From a cyanobacterium endosymbiont of Rhopalodia gibba (GTDB taxonomy: Bacteria; Cyanobacteriota; Cyanobacteriia; Cyanobacteriales; Microcystaceae), in assembly GCA_045159875.1 (NCBI GenBank), contig CP067995.1, positions 1,504,001-1,568,000 of the forward strand: a stretch of 64,000 nucleotides of DNA, written 5' to 3'. Positions within the stretch are counted from its first letter, which is position 1; each line of letters opens with the position of its first letter. The notes under the pieces were generated by a model that ran no database searches, was not told the DNA's origin, and saw nothing but the letters and a program-made list of their open reading frames with translations. Made by a program: the position numbers and the translations under genes. Shown one piece after another: positions 23,005 through 35,299 of this stretch.

Positions 23005-23451
23005 ATGAAAATTCAATTTCGAGAATTTAATCCTTTTGATCTATGGATTTGGCTAGAGTTTAAGACTATTCCTTCATCTATGGAAAGACAATATATAGAG
23101 GAAGTATTTAATTCCTGGTTTTATTTAGGAAAGTTGGGTGCATTTAACGCCGAAAATTTACAAGTACAAGACCAGGGAATTGATATTAGTTATATGGAAT
23201 ATGAGACAGGTACAGCTAACAGTGTTATGATGGCTCCGATGCACAATATGACAGAGTTTCAATATCGAGGAGTTTGGGGACGCTGCTGGTTTGATTTAGG
23301 AACCAGCGATTTAATTGCTGTGGATATTTTGATTAATGCTTTAGAGCAATTAAGTAAGGAGTACGTTACTATCAATAGGTTGATTATTGGTGGTGAAAAT
23401 AAAAATTGGAAAGTTGATGATAAAAATGAATCAATGTTTATTGAAAACTAA
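23005..23451 (+). CDS. DUF3531-family protein
   Basis: FREFNPFDLWIWLEF, GAFNAENLQ, WFDLGTSD. Confidence 0.8.
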   Translation: MKIQFREFNPFDLWIWLEFKTIPSSMERQYIEEVFNSWFYLGKLGAFNAENLQVQDQGIDISYMEYETGTANSVMMAPMHNMTEFQYRGVWGRCWFDLGTSDLIAVDILINALEQLSKEYVTINRLIIGGENKNWKVDDKNESMFIEN

Positions 23452-23691
23452 ATTTTAGAACTCATTTTATTTTCTTAAATATTGAATATTAATTTTTTTC
23501 AAAACTAGAATTAGCTAAGTGGAGAAGTTAAAAAACTATATAATAGTCATGATTTTGTTTCAATAAGTTTGATGACTCTTCCATAGGTTTTCTATAGATT
23601 TTATCGGTTGATTTTAACACAGACAAGTTATGCTGAAAATAATAGAAAGTTTTTTAAAAATCACCTAAAGAGGTATTTTAAAGACAAGCAC

Positions 23692-25410
23692 ATGGCAACG
23701 TCACGACTTCGACAACTGGGTCAATATTTACATCCTTACTGGAAACAAGTGTTGTGGGGAACAGGCGCATTATTTGTTGTTAACGCTCTAGGGGTTTATA
23801 TTCCTCTACTAATTCGAGATAGTATTGACGATTTGCGGAGGGCGTTTAGTTTTGACCAAGTATTGTTATATGTTCTCCTAATGTTAGTTTTAGCGACTAT
23901 TATGTGGATAATTCGCATGATCTCGCGCCTCATAATTTTTCGAGTGGGTCGTCAGGTAGAATTTGACCTCAAACAAAGGATATTTGAGCATTTACTAACC
24001 CTAGAACCTGCCTATTTTTCTACTAATACCTGCGGCGATTTAATTAACCGAACTACCAGTGATGTAGACAATATTCGTCGTTTGGTGGGCTTCGCAGTAT
24101 TGAGTTTAATTAATATTATTTTTGCCTATGCTTTGACTCTTCCGGCGATGTTAGCCATTCATGTTCCCCTAAGTTTATTGACGATTACTGTCTATCCGGT
24201 GATTCTATTTACGGTTCAGATCTTCAGTAGACAATTACAATATCAACAGTTTAAGGTGCAAGAAAGACTGTCTGAAATTAGTGAATTAATTCAAGAAGAC
24301 ATCGGTGGCATGGCTTTAATTAAAATTTATGCTCAAGAAGCTAACGAAATTTATGCTTTTGACCAACTAAACCAAAAACTACTAAAGGCTAACTTAAAAC
24401 TCGCCCAAATTCGTAACTTTCTCTTCCCTATCATTGAAGGGTTATCATATATCAGTCTATTACTGTTGTTAACTTTTGGAACTAAAGCAATCACTGAAGG
24501 AACTATCAGCATCGGGGATTTTGTTGCTTTAATTATTTTAGTAGAACAGTTAGTATTTCCCACGACTTTACTGGGATTTACAATTACTGCCTATCAACGG
24601 GGAGAGGTGAGTATTGATCGAATAGCAGCTATCTTTCAAGCACAACCGAGAGTTCGCGATCGAGATCAACTTAAATCTATCTCTTTATCAGAGATTAAAG
24701 GTAAATTAGTTGCCCTTAACCTCAGCTATACTTATCCTGGGACAAAAACCCCAACTTTAAACAAAGTTAATATGACGATTAATCCTGGAGAAATGGTAGC
24801 GATTGTTGGTCCAATCGGTTGTGGAAAATCTACCTTAGCCAATACCTTACCCCGTTTACTTGAGATTGCTCCAGGACAGTTATTTTTAGATGATTATGAT
24901 GTCACCGAGTTACCTTTAGCCCAATTACGGGAAGCAATCGCCTATGTTCCTCAGGATAGCTTCTTGTTTAATACTTCTATTGAAAATAATATTCGTTACG
25001 GGGATCATCTTAAAGAACGATATGAAGTAGAAAAGGCAGCTAAACAAAGCTATATTCATCAGGAAATTATGAATTTACCTCAAGAATATGACACTCTCGT
25101 TGGAGAGAGGGGTATTATTCTTTCAGGCGGTCAACGACAACGTACTGCTCTAGCTAGAGCTTTATTAATGGATGCTTCAATATTAATTTTAGACGATGCT
25201 CTATCGAGTGTTGATAATAAAACTGCTACCCAGATTCTAAATAGTCTTTGCAAGGAACAGGGTAAGACTATCATTTTTATTTCTCATCATTTATCAGCTG
25301 CAGCGCAAGCAGATCGTATTTTAGTTATGGATAAAGGAAAAATTGTTCAGAGAGGAACTCATCAAACCTTGTTGCAACAACCTGGGTTGTATCAGTCTTT
25401 TTGGAATTAA
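23692..25410 (+). CDS. ABC exporter, fused permease/ATP-binding (MdlA/MsbA-like)
   Basis: N-terminal TM domain, GPIGCGKST Walker A, LSGGQ signature, LILDD Walker B; start at MATSRL. Confidence 0.93.
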   Translation: MATSRLRQLGQYLHPYWKQVLWGTGALFVVNALGVYIPLLIRDSIDDLRRAFSFDQVLLYVLLMLVLATIMWIIRMISRLIIFRVGRQVEFDLKQRIFEHLLTLEPAYFSTNTCGDLINRTTSDVDNIRRLVGFAVLSLINIIFAYALTLPAMLAIHVPLSLLTITVYPVILFTVQIFSRQLQYQQFKVQERLSEISELIQEDIGGMALIKIYAQEANEIYAFDQLNQKLLKANLKLAQIRNFLFPIIEGLSYISLLLLLTFGTKAITEGTISIGDFVALIILVEQLVFPTTLLGFTITAYQRGEVSIDRIAAIFQAQPRVRDRDQLKSISLSEIKGKLVALNLSYTYPGTKTPTLNKVNMTINPGEMVAIVGPIGCGKSTLANTLPRLLEIAPGQLFLDDYDVTELPLAQLREAIAYVPQDSFLFNTSIENNIRYGDHLKERYEVEKAAKQSYIHQEIMNLPQEYDTLVGERGIILSGGQRQRTALARALLMDASILILDDALSSVDNKTATQILNSLCKEQGKTIIFISHHLSAAAQADRILVMDKGKIVQRGTHQTLLQQPGLYQSFWN

Positions 25411-25489
25411 TATCAACTAGAGAAAGTCTGCAACTAAAATGTTAGAATCTTTTAAAATTTAGCTAAGGAAAGGAACTAAGAGGGCAAAT

Positions 25490-25930
25490 AATAAAATTTA
25501 ACGCTTATTTTCCTAAATTTGACTGTGAATTGTTTAGCTATTCGGCCTTATTGCACCGATGTAAGCGCCAAGTATAACTCAAAGATAAAAACTCTTGGAT
25601 AAATTTAATTGTCAATTTTACTTGGTGACTATCTTATGTAAATGAGAACTACTTTTAACTGTTAATTTCGTTTTTGTTCTAACTCCAAAGTTCATGCCAA
25701 ATAAACTCCATCAATACCAATATAAACAAACCCTGATGAATTAATTGTACCATTGAGGAATTAAACTGACTTCTCAACTGGCTTAAATTAGGGGAATAGC
25801 CTATTCTTCAGAGTCTCCTTAATAATTTTAGGATAAACTCCCGTCACTTCATAGATTTAGTAATCAGCCCGCCAAAATTGACAGTGGACAGCTTGAACAT
25901 GGAGTTGATTGGTAAATTTATAAATTTATC
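25490..25930 (-). pseudogene. Unidentified degraded CDS
   Basis: GC-richer patch with broken protein-like fragments on the minus strand (QLHVQAVHCQFWRADY, YEVTGVYPKII, YTWRLHRCNK); family not recognised. Confidence 0.35.
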
Positions 25931-27575
25931 AACGTAAGTAACTTATTTTTGGGTAAAGGTAAAATCACTAAGAACCTCTAAAGAAAAACTTTACTTAAAT
26001 AACTCAAGAGAGGTTTGAGAATGACCTTATAAATCTAACATTGTTATGGCTAAATTAGTTTTTATATTAATTAGTGGAAAAATAATTTAACTAAGATAAG
26101 ATAACTGCTACATAATTTTTAAAACCATCTAGATAATATTAACTAGAACAGCAAATTAGTTCTGATATACTGCCAACATAAAGATTAGGAAAAGTTCCTG
26201 ATTTTAGAGTAGGCTGTTATGGAAAATTATACAGTTTGTAGAAATTTTGTTTATAGTCTTGGAACGTTTATTGAGCTTGTATAGTTAAGTTGTACTAAAA
26301 TTACGATATAAAATTATCTGAATAAAATGCTAAGTATAGTAACTTAGAAGTTAAAAACTTATAAAATTTATAAATCCATAATCTCTTCTTTTTATTAATT
26401 TAAATTAATTACTGATACCTTCCATATTAAAGTAGATAATAGTTACTCTAATTTGAAGATTATGTCAGTCTAGAGTTTTCCAGCTACTATAAATAATTTT
26501 TTAAGGCTAATCAGCTAATTTAAATACTCCTGACATCCGGTCCAAGTTTTTAGAATAAATATTCTAAATTTCTCTTTTAATTAGAATATTTTTAACAAAA
26601 TTAGTGATATCTTGCACACTTGCTTTAATTTTGCATTTTTTTACCTAAATTTTTTTAATTTTCAATCAAATATCTTTTTTCTTGATTCTGTTCTTTTTGT
26701 TAGTCTTTTAAGCTATTTAGTTTCTTGTTTAAGGTTTTTTATCTTATTTGTAATTAGATATTAACTTATTTTATAACATAAAACTTATTTACTATTAATG
26801 GAATTTTTGACATTAATTAATCAATAATATTTATATAAAGTTTATAGAAATATGAACTAATTTTTTTAATTTTTATCAAGACTTATTTTTTTGTAGAAAA
26901 TAGATATTGTATATTTTTTTAGTCTATAATTTTTATGCTTATTATTATGTCATAATAGTTGATATTAGATAATAATAAATCTATTAATGAATAATATCAA
27001 TTATTAATTATATTCCCTGTAAGATTATCTATATTTATTAGAATAATTATCCTACTTTATTAAATTAATAGACATTAATAGTAAGTTATTTATTTTAAAT
27101 TAAAAATAATTATTATATATCTATTTTTAGTTTTTAGAGGCTAATAATAAAATCGATAGGACTATAAATAATTTTTAACAATTATATTATCTATGAAGTT
27201 AATTTATTATTCTAATTTTTAGTCCATATAATCTGATTATCAATTCTTATAAACTACAGCTTTATTTTTAAACTAATTTTTAATACAAAAATAAGTAATT
27301 TTTATATTAATCTAAGTCAGAAAAATATTAATTAAATAAGTTTAAATTGAAATAAATATCTAATATTTATTTCAATTTAAACTTATTTTTTACGTTACTG
27401 AATAATGATTAATATAAAAAATTTTATATTAATTTATCATTTCTTATGATAAGTTAGCTTTAATTTTAATAAATACTAAAAAATATTCCATCTAATACCT
27501 CATCTTAGACTAAGAGATAAAATTTAAACTTGAAGATACAAATATTTGGATTAAAAAAATTTAAACATTTTAAAT

Positions 27576-28870
27576 ATGTTTTTATTTTTTAACCGGTTTT
27601 TACGGCTAGCACTGATTAATATTCTCTCTAATCTGATAGTTCTCTTTACAGGATTATTCAATGTTACCTTTTTCGTTTATCTATCTAGGAGCCATTCATC
27701 ATCTAGTTGGCGTAACTTTAACTATAGTTATTTTTTCAACTATCTTTACCTTACTTTAGAATTTCTTCGCATAGAAACAACAGAGTTAACTGATCAAGCT
27801 GTCTAAAGATGATGTGCTGCTGGCCTTGCTAGGCAATGGACTATTAGCTTTAACTTTAGGATTAGAAATTCTTCCCTTACAATATCTATTAAAGATATTA
27901 GACTTTTTCCTCCTCAATGCAGCCCCAATGCTTAAAGCATCTGCCCAAGCTTACTATGAGGCATAAATTCTAGGTGTACCAGTGTTTTTTTAAATTTTGT
28001 TCTTATTGATTAGTTTTTAAGACAGGAATAAAATGGGACAGTTTTGTCTATGTCAATTAGAGGTAATAGAACTAATATTGTCTTCGATTATCTATTCATT
28101 GTAGGTTGGGTTTTAGACAGTATTGGTGCAAGGTAAATAACTTCTATTCGTTAAGTTTTAATGGCACTAATAGGACTTATCTTTTGCAGTAAAATTGGTC
28201 AATTCATTAGATATAATTAAGATAATTAAACAACCTAAACTTAGTATTCTGAGAAAACCTTTGGCGATCAATAGAGAACTATTTGTTCGTACTTTAGTTC
28301 TCATAGCTGCCTTTTTTCTATTTACTAAAATAAGTACAGAAATGGGAATAAAAATCTTAACCCAAAATACTGATACTTTATTGTCACAGATATTTTTCTT
28401 AACAGTGTATTTAATTAATGGATTAGCTTTTCCTACTAAATATTTAGCTAGAAATTTTCAAAAAAAAAGTCAAATAAGACTTACTTTTTCTGTTAAAACT
28501 GGCAGGAATAACTGGCTTAAGTTTAGGACTAATATTAGCTATAGATCTTGTGGGGTTTCCCCAACCTTTATTTACTTGACTAACTAACCATCAGGAAATT
28601 TTTTTTCTTAGTTCTCCTGTCTATTGGCTCTCGTCTGTACTAGAAGCAGGTTCGATTTCCTTTATTTTAGATGGCTATTTTATAGAACTAGCTGAAGGAG
28701 CAATCTTACGTAAGATAGCTTTAATTTTTACTTTTTTTGAGTTTATTTCTTTAGATATTATTGCTTGGCGGTTTAACAAAAATTATTTATTATAATTAAC
28801 TTTATCTTACTTTAAGCTCCTCATAGCTGTTATACTCAGTTTAAAAGTTCTCCGAATATTAAAAGACAAA
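27576..28870 (+). pseudogene. dinF: DinF-type MATE efflux transporter, fragmented
   Basis: RFLRLALINILSNL.., FNYLYLTLEFLRIETTELTDQAV, NRELFVRTLVL and FILDGYFIEL fragments in several frames over about 1.3 kb with stops. Confidence 0.85.
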
Positions 28871-28882
28871 TTTTTATTTAAA

Positions 28883-31222
28883 ATGAATATTTTACAAGAC
28901 AAATGGGAAATAAAATCTTCTCCATTAATTCCCCAGTGGTTTTTAAAAATTGTTAAATTCTATACTCCTCATTCGGAAGGAAAACATGTTGCTAAAATTT
29001 TATGGCAACGAGGAATTCAAAACAAAGATAAACTTATGGCTTTCGTTGATCCTAATGCCTATCATCCAACTAGTCCCTTTGCTTTTGGAGAAGAAATGAA
29101 ATTGGCTGTCAAACGCCTTAAAATGGCTTATAAAAATAGAGAAAAAGTAACTATATGGGGAGACTTTGATGCTGATGGGATTACGTCAACTAGCGTTCTT
29201 TGGGAAGGACTAGGGCAATTTTTTTCTCCTCATCTTCAACTTGAGTATTATATCCCTAATCGTATTACAGAATCACACGGATTAAATTGTCAAGGAATTG
29301 AAAAATTGGCAGTATCAGGAACCCGGTTAGTTGTGACTTGTGATACAGGGAGTACCAATTTAACTGAAATTGACTATGCTAATGAGTTAGGCATTGATAT
29401 AATTATTACAGATCATCATACTTTACCAGATAATCGTCCTCCTGTTATTGCTATTATCAACCCTCGTTACTTTAGCACTAATCATCCTTTATTTAATCTA
29501 TCAGGAGTAGCAGTAGCCTATAAATTAGTTGAAGCATTTTATCAAGAATTACCTGATATTCCTCAAGATCCATTAGAACAATTATTAGACTTAGTTGCTA
29601 TCGGGCTAATTGCTGATTTAGTTGAGTTAAAAGGAGACTGTCGTTATCTAGCACAAAAAGGTATTCAACACCTGCAAAAACAGCAGCAATTTACAACTCG
29701 TCCAGGAGTTGCTAAGTTATTAGAGTTATGTAAAAAAAATGGTGATCGACCCACTGATATTTCCTATGGCATTGGACCAAGAATTAATGCCATTAGTCGC
29801 ATTTATGGAGATGCTACATTTGGGGTTAAATTATTAACTAGTCGCGATACAAAACTTTGTCATAAACTCGCTTTAAAAACTGAATTAGCTAATACAAGAC
29901 GGAAAGAAATACAACAAAGAGTTTATAAAGATGTTAAAAAGAAACTATCTCAAATTGACTTATCAACCGTGAGAGTTATTGTCTTAGAAGATCCCCAATG
30001 GGAAAGCGGAGTTCTAGGGTTAGTTGCCGGAAAAATTGCTCAAGAACATAGTCGTCCAACAATTTTATTAACCACAATAGAAACAAAAAATGAAGACCAA
30101 ACTAAAGTCATAAAAATGCTTAGAGGTTCGGCGCGCTCAGTTAATCAAATAAATTTATATCAATTACTGGATTATCATAAAACTTTGTTACATCGTTTTG
30201 GAGGACATCCTTTTGCTGCAGGGTTAAGTTTACCTCTAAAAAATCTAACTTTATTTAGAGAAGGTATTAATCAACAATTCCGACAACAAATCGATCATAC
30301 TAATTATTTACAAACAACTATTGAAGTGGATTTAATTGTTACTGTTGTTGACCTAGGACAAAATTTATTTCGAGAATTAAAATTATTAGAACCTTGTGGA
30401 ATAGGCAATTCTATTCCTATTCTTTTAATAAGAAATTGCTGGTTTGATAATATTCACAATAAAAATATTGAGGACGAAACAAGAAACAAAATACAATATA
30501 TAAAGACAATTTTTGAAATTTATGATTTTTCTAGTACCAAAGGATTTCCTGGAGTTTGGTGGGAACATTATAAAGATGAACTTCCTTTCGGTAAACCCCA
30601 AGATGCTATTGTTGAATTATATTTCAATTCTTATTATAAACGTTATGAAGTTAGATTGATTGCTATTAGAGACTATGTAGCTAACATTGAAATTAATCAA
30701 AATACTAACTGTTTATTAGATTGGCGTAATAAAGAATGTCAAGAATATTCAGAAAAAGTAAATGCTCAAATTCAAGTATTACAAGAATGTCCTAAGAGTT
30801 GGGATGAACTTTTAAAAATATATCATCAAACTCAACAAAACAAACTTAAACTTGCTCTTGCTTATAATTCACCAAAATATCTAAATTCTATACAAGTTTG
30901 GCAACAACTATTAGGAATTGCAAAATATTATAGTCGTACTCACAAGGTGGTCAACATAAGACAAATAAAGACAAAATTAGACCTCAGTGATTGGACCCTA
31001 AAACTTGGATTAGAAACCTTACATAAATTAGGGTTTAATTCTAATATAATAGAAGAAAACTTAAAGTTTAGATGGGAAAATCAAATTGCTAATAATGCTC
31101 ATAAAAAAGTTAGTCAATTTCTAGAAGTAGTTGAAGAAGAACAATTTCAGCATAAATATTTTTCTAAAATTTCTCTTGAGTGTATTCAAGAAAAAATATC
31201 CATAAATAACAAAAAAATATGA
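28883..31222 (+). CDS. recJ: Single-stranded-DNA exonuclease RecJ (long cyanobacterial form)
   Basis: GDFDADG, TCDTG, TDHH (DHH), GSARS, GGHPFAAG (DHHA1). Confidence 0.95.
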   Translation: MNILQDKWEIKSSPLIPQWFLKIVKFYTPHSEGKHVAKILWQRGIQNKDKLMAFVDPNAYHPTSPFAFGEEMKLAVKRLKMAYKNREKVTIWGDFDADGITSTSVLWEGLGQFFSPHLQLEYYIPNRITESHGLNCQGIEKLAVSGTRLVVTCDTGSTNLTEIDYANELGIDIIITDHHTLPDNRPPVIAIINPRYFSTNHPLFNLSGVAVAYKLVEAFYQELPDIPQDPLEQLLDLVAIGLIADLVELKGDCRYLAQKGIQHLQKQQQFTTRPGVAKLLELCKKNGDRPTDISYGIGPRINAISRIYGDATFGVKLLTSRDTKLCHKLALKTELANTRRKEIQQRVYKDVKKKLSQIDLSTVRVIVLEDPQWESGVLGLVAGKIAQEHSRPTILLTTIETKNEDQTKVIKMLRGSARSVNQINLYQLLDYHKTLLHRFGGHPFAAGLSLPLKNLTLFREGINQQFRQQIDHTNYLQTTIEVDLIVTVVDLGQNLFRELKLLEPCGIGNSIPILLIRNCWFDNIHNKNIEDETRNKIQYIKTIFEIYDFSSTKGFPGVWWEHYKDELPFGKPQDAIVELYFNSYYKRYEVRLIAIRDYVANIEINQNTNCLLDWRNKECQEYSEKVNAQIQVLQECPKSWDELLKIYHQTQQNKLKLALAYNSPKYLNSIQVWQQLLGIAKYYSRTHKVVNIRQIKTKLDLSDWTLKLGLETLHKLGFNSNIIEENLKFRWENQIANNAHKKVSQFLEVVEEEQFQHKYFSKISLECIQEKISINNKKI

Positions 31223-31291
31223 CTATAATTTATTTCATAAAATACAATACATAAGGCAATATAATAGAATTATGCATGGAACTAAAAAATC

Positions 31292-31558
31292 ATGAAATCT
31301 TTAACCTACCTAATGACTATAATAATGATTGCTTTCTGGTTGGGAGTGTTCGCTATTTTTTCTATTCAAAATATTACTGAAATTTCTTTAAAGTTTTTAT
31401 TTTTTAAGTCTATTAAACTTCCCATTGGAGTATTATTATCTTTCTCTATGGGGGGGGGGATGGTTTTGGGATCACTAGCTACTATATTATGGGAACGTTC
31501 TAAATATTTATCTCAAAGAGGTTCAAGGAAAAATTCTAAAGAAATTGATGATTTTTAA
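31292..31558 (+). CDS. LapA/DUF1049-family small membrane protein
   Basis: AIFSIQN..I.LKFLFF.SI.LPIG pattern with two TM helices. Confidence 0.75.
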   Translation: MKSLTYLMTIIMIAFWLGVFAIFSIQNITEISLKFLFFKSIKLPIGVLLSFSMGGGMVLGSLATILWERSKYLSQRGSRKNSKEIDDF

Positions 31559-32438
31559 TTTCAATTGAATCAATGTACATGTTAGTCCAATGTTTGATTA
31601 CAAGTAGTAGAGTTACGTCAGACAATTGAAGGGCTAATTCTAATAGCCATAAAAAAGTTATTTATTGATGCTGTCATTAGAATAAAAATAAGAAAGTCAA
31701 GAAAAAAATAATTTAAAATAGTTAAAATTTTAACAGAGAATTTATAGACAAAGTCAAGAAAAGAGTAAATAAGATAACCTTAATATTACTTGACTTAAAG
31801 TATAATAAGTAAAATTTTTGAAGGGTTTAGAACAAAAAATATTTCTATTTTATTGTTTTCTATGATTCAAAAATTTGACTTTATACAGAGTAAAAAAAAT
31901 TTCATTTAAAAAATATCTTTAATTTTTTAATTAAAAACTGTTATTTGACAACTAAAGTTTTGTTAAATAGGTTAGTTAAACCGACTAAAACTAGTTTAAC
32001 TTATTGAGATTTATGATGAATCTATTTGCTAAGTGTTAGTGTTTATGTGATCCCTGTTAAGTAACAGTAGATTACTATAATAACAGTAATTACAACAAAA
32101 TAGAAGTTAAAATAACTGCAGATAAAAATAGTAAATTTACTTAAATAAAAAAACAAATTGAATTAGACTTAATATTCGCGATTCGTTGGTAGTTTCTTGA
32201 CTTAGTAGAACTGATAATATTGGTAATATAGAAGTTATTAAAATCTTTAAGAATCTAATTTTTTAGAAAAATAATTAATTTTAGTAAAAAGAAAAAAACA
32301 AAAAAACTTTACCAACTGAATAATAGCAATATTTCTATTGTTTTAATTAAAGTAAATGGAAAAGTTTTAGAAGTAACTGCAGTAAGTAGAATTTATGCTA
32401 AAGTGACCGGATTTATTTTGCTTGTTGATTATCTTATT

Positions 32439-32981
32439 TCAACTGTATTGCAATACATAAAATGTTATAGCATTATTCCCATAATATTTTTTTTGACAAA
32501 TTTCTAACCCATTGATTGTCATTGCCTGCCATAATTTAGGATTGTGTTCTACTGCAATTTCTCCGTCTTTTTTTAAAAGTTTATAAGTTTCTATTGCTTC
32601 TAAAACAGGTTGATACAATTTACTAGTATAGGGCGGATCAAAATAGATATGATTAAATTCTTGTCCTTCTAGGGTTTTTAGTCCTTTTAGAACATCACCT
32701 TTAATAACTTTGAAATTCTGATTTGTCGTCGCAAATTTCTGCCAATTTTGCTTAATAATTCGACACGCTTTCTCATATATTTCAATACCTATGACTTCAC
32801 TTGCACCACGACATAAAGCTTCTGCACCCATTGAACCATTTCCTGCACATAAATCTAGCCAACGACATCCGACAATTGAACCTTGCCAAATATCAAATAA
32901 AGCTTTTCTAACTTTAGCAGAGGTAGGACGAGTTAATTGTCCAGGTAAAGTGGTTAATAATTGATTTCCATAAATTCGCAT
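32439..32981 (-). CDS. rsmD: 16S rRNA (guanine966-N2) methyltransferase RsmD
   Basis: TRPT..KVR, LDLCAGNG, EALCRGA, DPPY. Confidence 0.93.
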   Translation of the reverse strand: MRIYGNQLLTTLPGQLTRPTSAKVRKALFDIWQGSIVGCRWLDLCAGNGSMGAEALCRGASEVIGIEIYEKACRIIKQNWQKFATTNQNFKVIKGDVLKGLKTLEGQEFNHIYFDPPYTSKLYQPVLEAIETYKLLKKDGEIAVEHNPKLWQAMTINGLEICQKKYYGNNAITFYVLQYS

Positions 32982-33290
32982 TCTAGTTAATAGTTAATTA
33001 AAGAGATATTGATTAAGAACTACCGATAAATACAAAAACATTAGCTAAACTACCCAAAAATGTAACAATTATCAATCAATACTACATGACTAATAAATTC
33101 TTGACCATCTAACCATTTTCATGAATCATCGGTTGTTTTTTCTGATTTTGCTTGTCTTAATTATAAAATACTAAAATGCTGATCTAGTCTACCTAATTCT
33201 GAATGTAATTTTATCTAAAAAAACTATTGATGGCTTTTAAGATATTTTTAAGTAAGTAAATGACTGCAATTGAAGCCTGACCTATTGCTC

Positions 33291-33911
33291 TTAATTAAGT
33301 AAACTCACAAAATTAGATAGGCTTTTTAAGCCATAATCTGAAGATTTTTCAGGGTGGAATTGCACTGCCATTAAATTATCAAAAGCGATTGCTGCTGTTA
33401 CCGTTTGACTCCCATGAGTAACTGTTGCTGCAGTAACACTTAGATCAAGTGGATCAACATAATAAGAGTGAACAAAATACACATAAGGATTAGGGGGTAA
33501 ACCTTGCCATAAACATAAATTAGGTTGAGTAAATTCCAATTGGTTCCAACCTATGTGAGGAATGCTAAGATAAGGTTCAGAACGAAAACGACGGACCTTT
33601 CCAGGAATAATTCCTAACCCTGGTTCTTTCCCTTCTTCAGAAGTATCAAAAAGAATTTGTAATCCTAAACAAATTCCTAAGAAAGGTTTTTTATTAGCAA
33701 TTGCCTGCTTAATAGGATTAACTAAATGGCGCGCTCGTAGATTTTGAACTGCCGGATCAAAAGATCCTACTCCAGGTAAAACAATTCCAGCAGCTTTAGC
33801 AATTGTGTTAGGAGAATCAGTGATTTTTGGGGTTATCCCTGCTTTTTCGATTCCCTTACAAACAGAGTGTAGATTTCCCATGTCATAGTCAATAACTGCT
33901 ATAAAGTCCAT
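33291..33911 (-). CDS. hisH: Imidazole glycerol phosphate synthase glutaminase subunit
   Basis: DYDMGNL, LPGVGSF, GICLGLQ, YFVHSY, QFHPEKS; start at MDFIAV. Confidence 0.97.
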   Translation of the reverse strand: MDFIAVIDYDMGNLHSVCKGIEKAGITPKITDSPNTIAKAAGIVLPGVGSFDPAVQNLRARHLVNPIKQAIANKKPFLGICLGLQILFDTSEEGKEPGLGIIPGKVRRFRSEPYLSIPHIGWNQLEFTQPNLCLWQGLPPNPYVYFVHSYYVDPLDLSVTAATVTHGSQTVTAAIAFDNLMAVQFHPEKSSDYGLKSLSNFVSLLN

Positions 33912-35299
33912 ATTGTAAAAATTAATCAAATAGATGCTTTAATCCCATTCTAGGGCAGAAGAAACCATTACTAGGATTGTATTAACTTTACTTAATTTCA
34001 AATTCAGCTACCCAATGAACTTTCTAGTTCGTCGGAGGTTATTCGAAGATGTGTATAAAATAAAGCTATTGAAGGAGTATTTATTCAAATACTCCTTCAA
34101 ACGGTAATTCTTCCCATAATAGCTAGGTTCTCCCGATAATTTAGTTATCTAATTAAATATTAGAAGAGAATGAAATAAGCTTGAAAGCACGATTAATTTT
34201 AAAAAATAGTTTTCTAATTTTTTAAAATATTTATTGGTTTCTATGTATGAAGATTAATTTGTTTACAAGAAATTTTATCATCAAGTAATCCGATATTGAC
34301 GGCAATTTAATTATTGCAGTTATGAATTATTTGTTTATGTCTTTATTTTTAATCAAAAAATATATTTATATTTTGATACTAGTTCGATATTTTAATTTTT
34401 TTTATGTATTAAGATCAATTTCGATATCCAATCAAAAATTAGATATAAAAAAATACTTAACTTAATTAGAATAACTTACTCATTTAGAGACACAGAAAGT
34501 GAAAGGTTTTAAAAAATGAGAACTATGAGTAGAGTAGAACCTAGTAATTTACCTGTAAAAAAAATAACATTAATTGATTATAAGAAAAAGTTTTTTTCTA
34601 AAAAAATTTAAAAAAAATCATTAAATGGTTTTAAATAAGTCATTAATAAGTTACCAATATTTTATAAACTACTTAAATAAGTTTACCAACGACTGGAACA
34701 ATTTTAATAACAAAAACTCAGTCAAATAAAAGTTTAACTGTTCTACTATGAACATATATTCTTGTATGAGTTAATTATCGGCAAGGTTTTTATTATACAG
34801 AAGGTACCAATTAATACTTTTATCTCAATGAAAATTGATCTTAACTCATTTTTATCAAAACTGTTAGGTTAGAAAACTTAAAATAAAAAAAATAATCATT
34901 GAAGAACTAATAGTAAAATTGCAATAGTAAAAGCGTTAAGTCAAGATAGTAGAGATAACAATTAGAATTATAGTTCTAATTGTTATCTCTTAGCTCAATT
35001 AATTAAAATATTGAGTTTTAAACTATCTCTTCTACCATTCTACAATCAAAGAGATAAATTTAATTTTTAAGTATTTTAAATTATTAATTTTCATAGTTTA
35101 AAGGCTTAATATATGCCCTTATACCAAAAGACTTTAAGTTGAATTAAATACAAGTTATAAACTATTACAAAGATAACCTAAAGAAAAAATATATGATTTT
35201 TATCATAAAATTACACAGTATTATATTTTATTTTTTATAATTACTGTTACTCCACCAACTATGCCCCTTTCTTTTATAAATAAGCTGTTTTTAACAGCT

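Noticed and set aside
27576..28587. ORFs 27576-27806 and 28195-28587 as independent genes
   Set aside because: They are fragments of one disrupted DinF/MATE gene
32340..32440. petG remnant next to rsmD
   Set aside because: No convincing PetG-like peptide could be read in any frame
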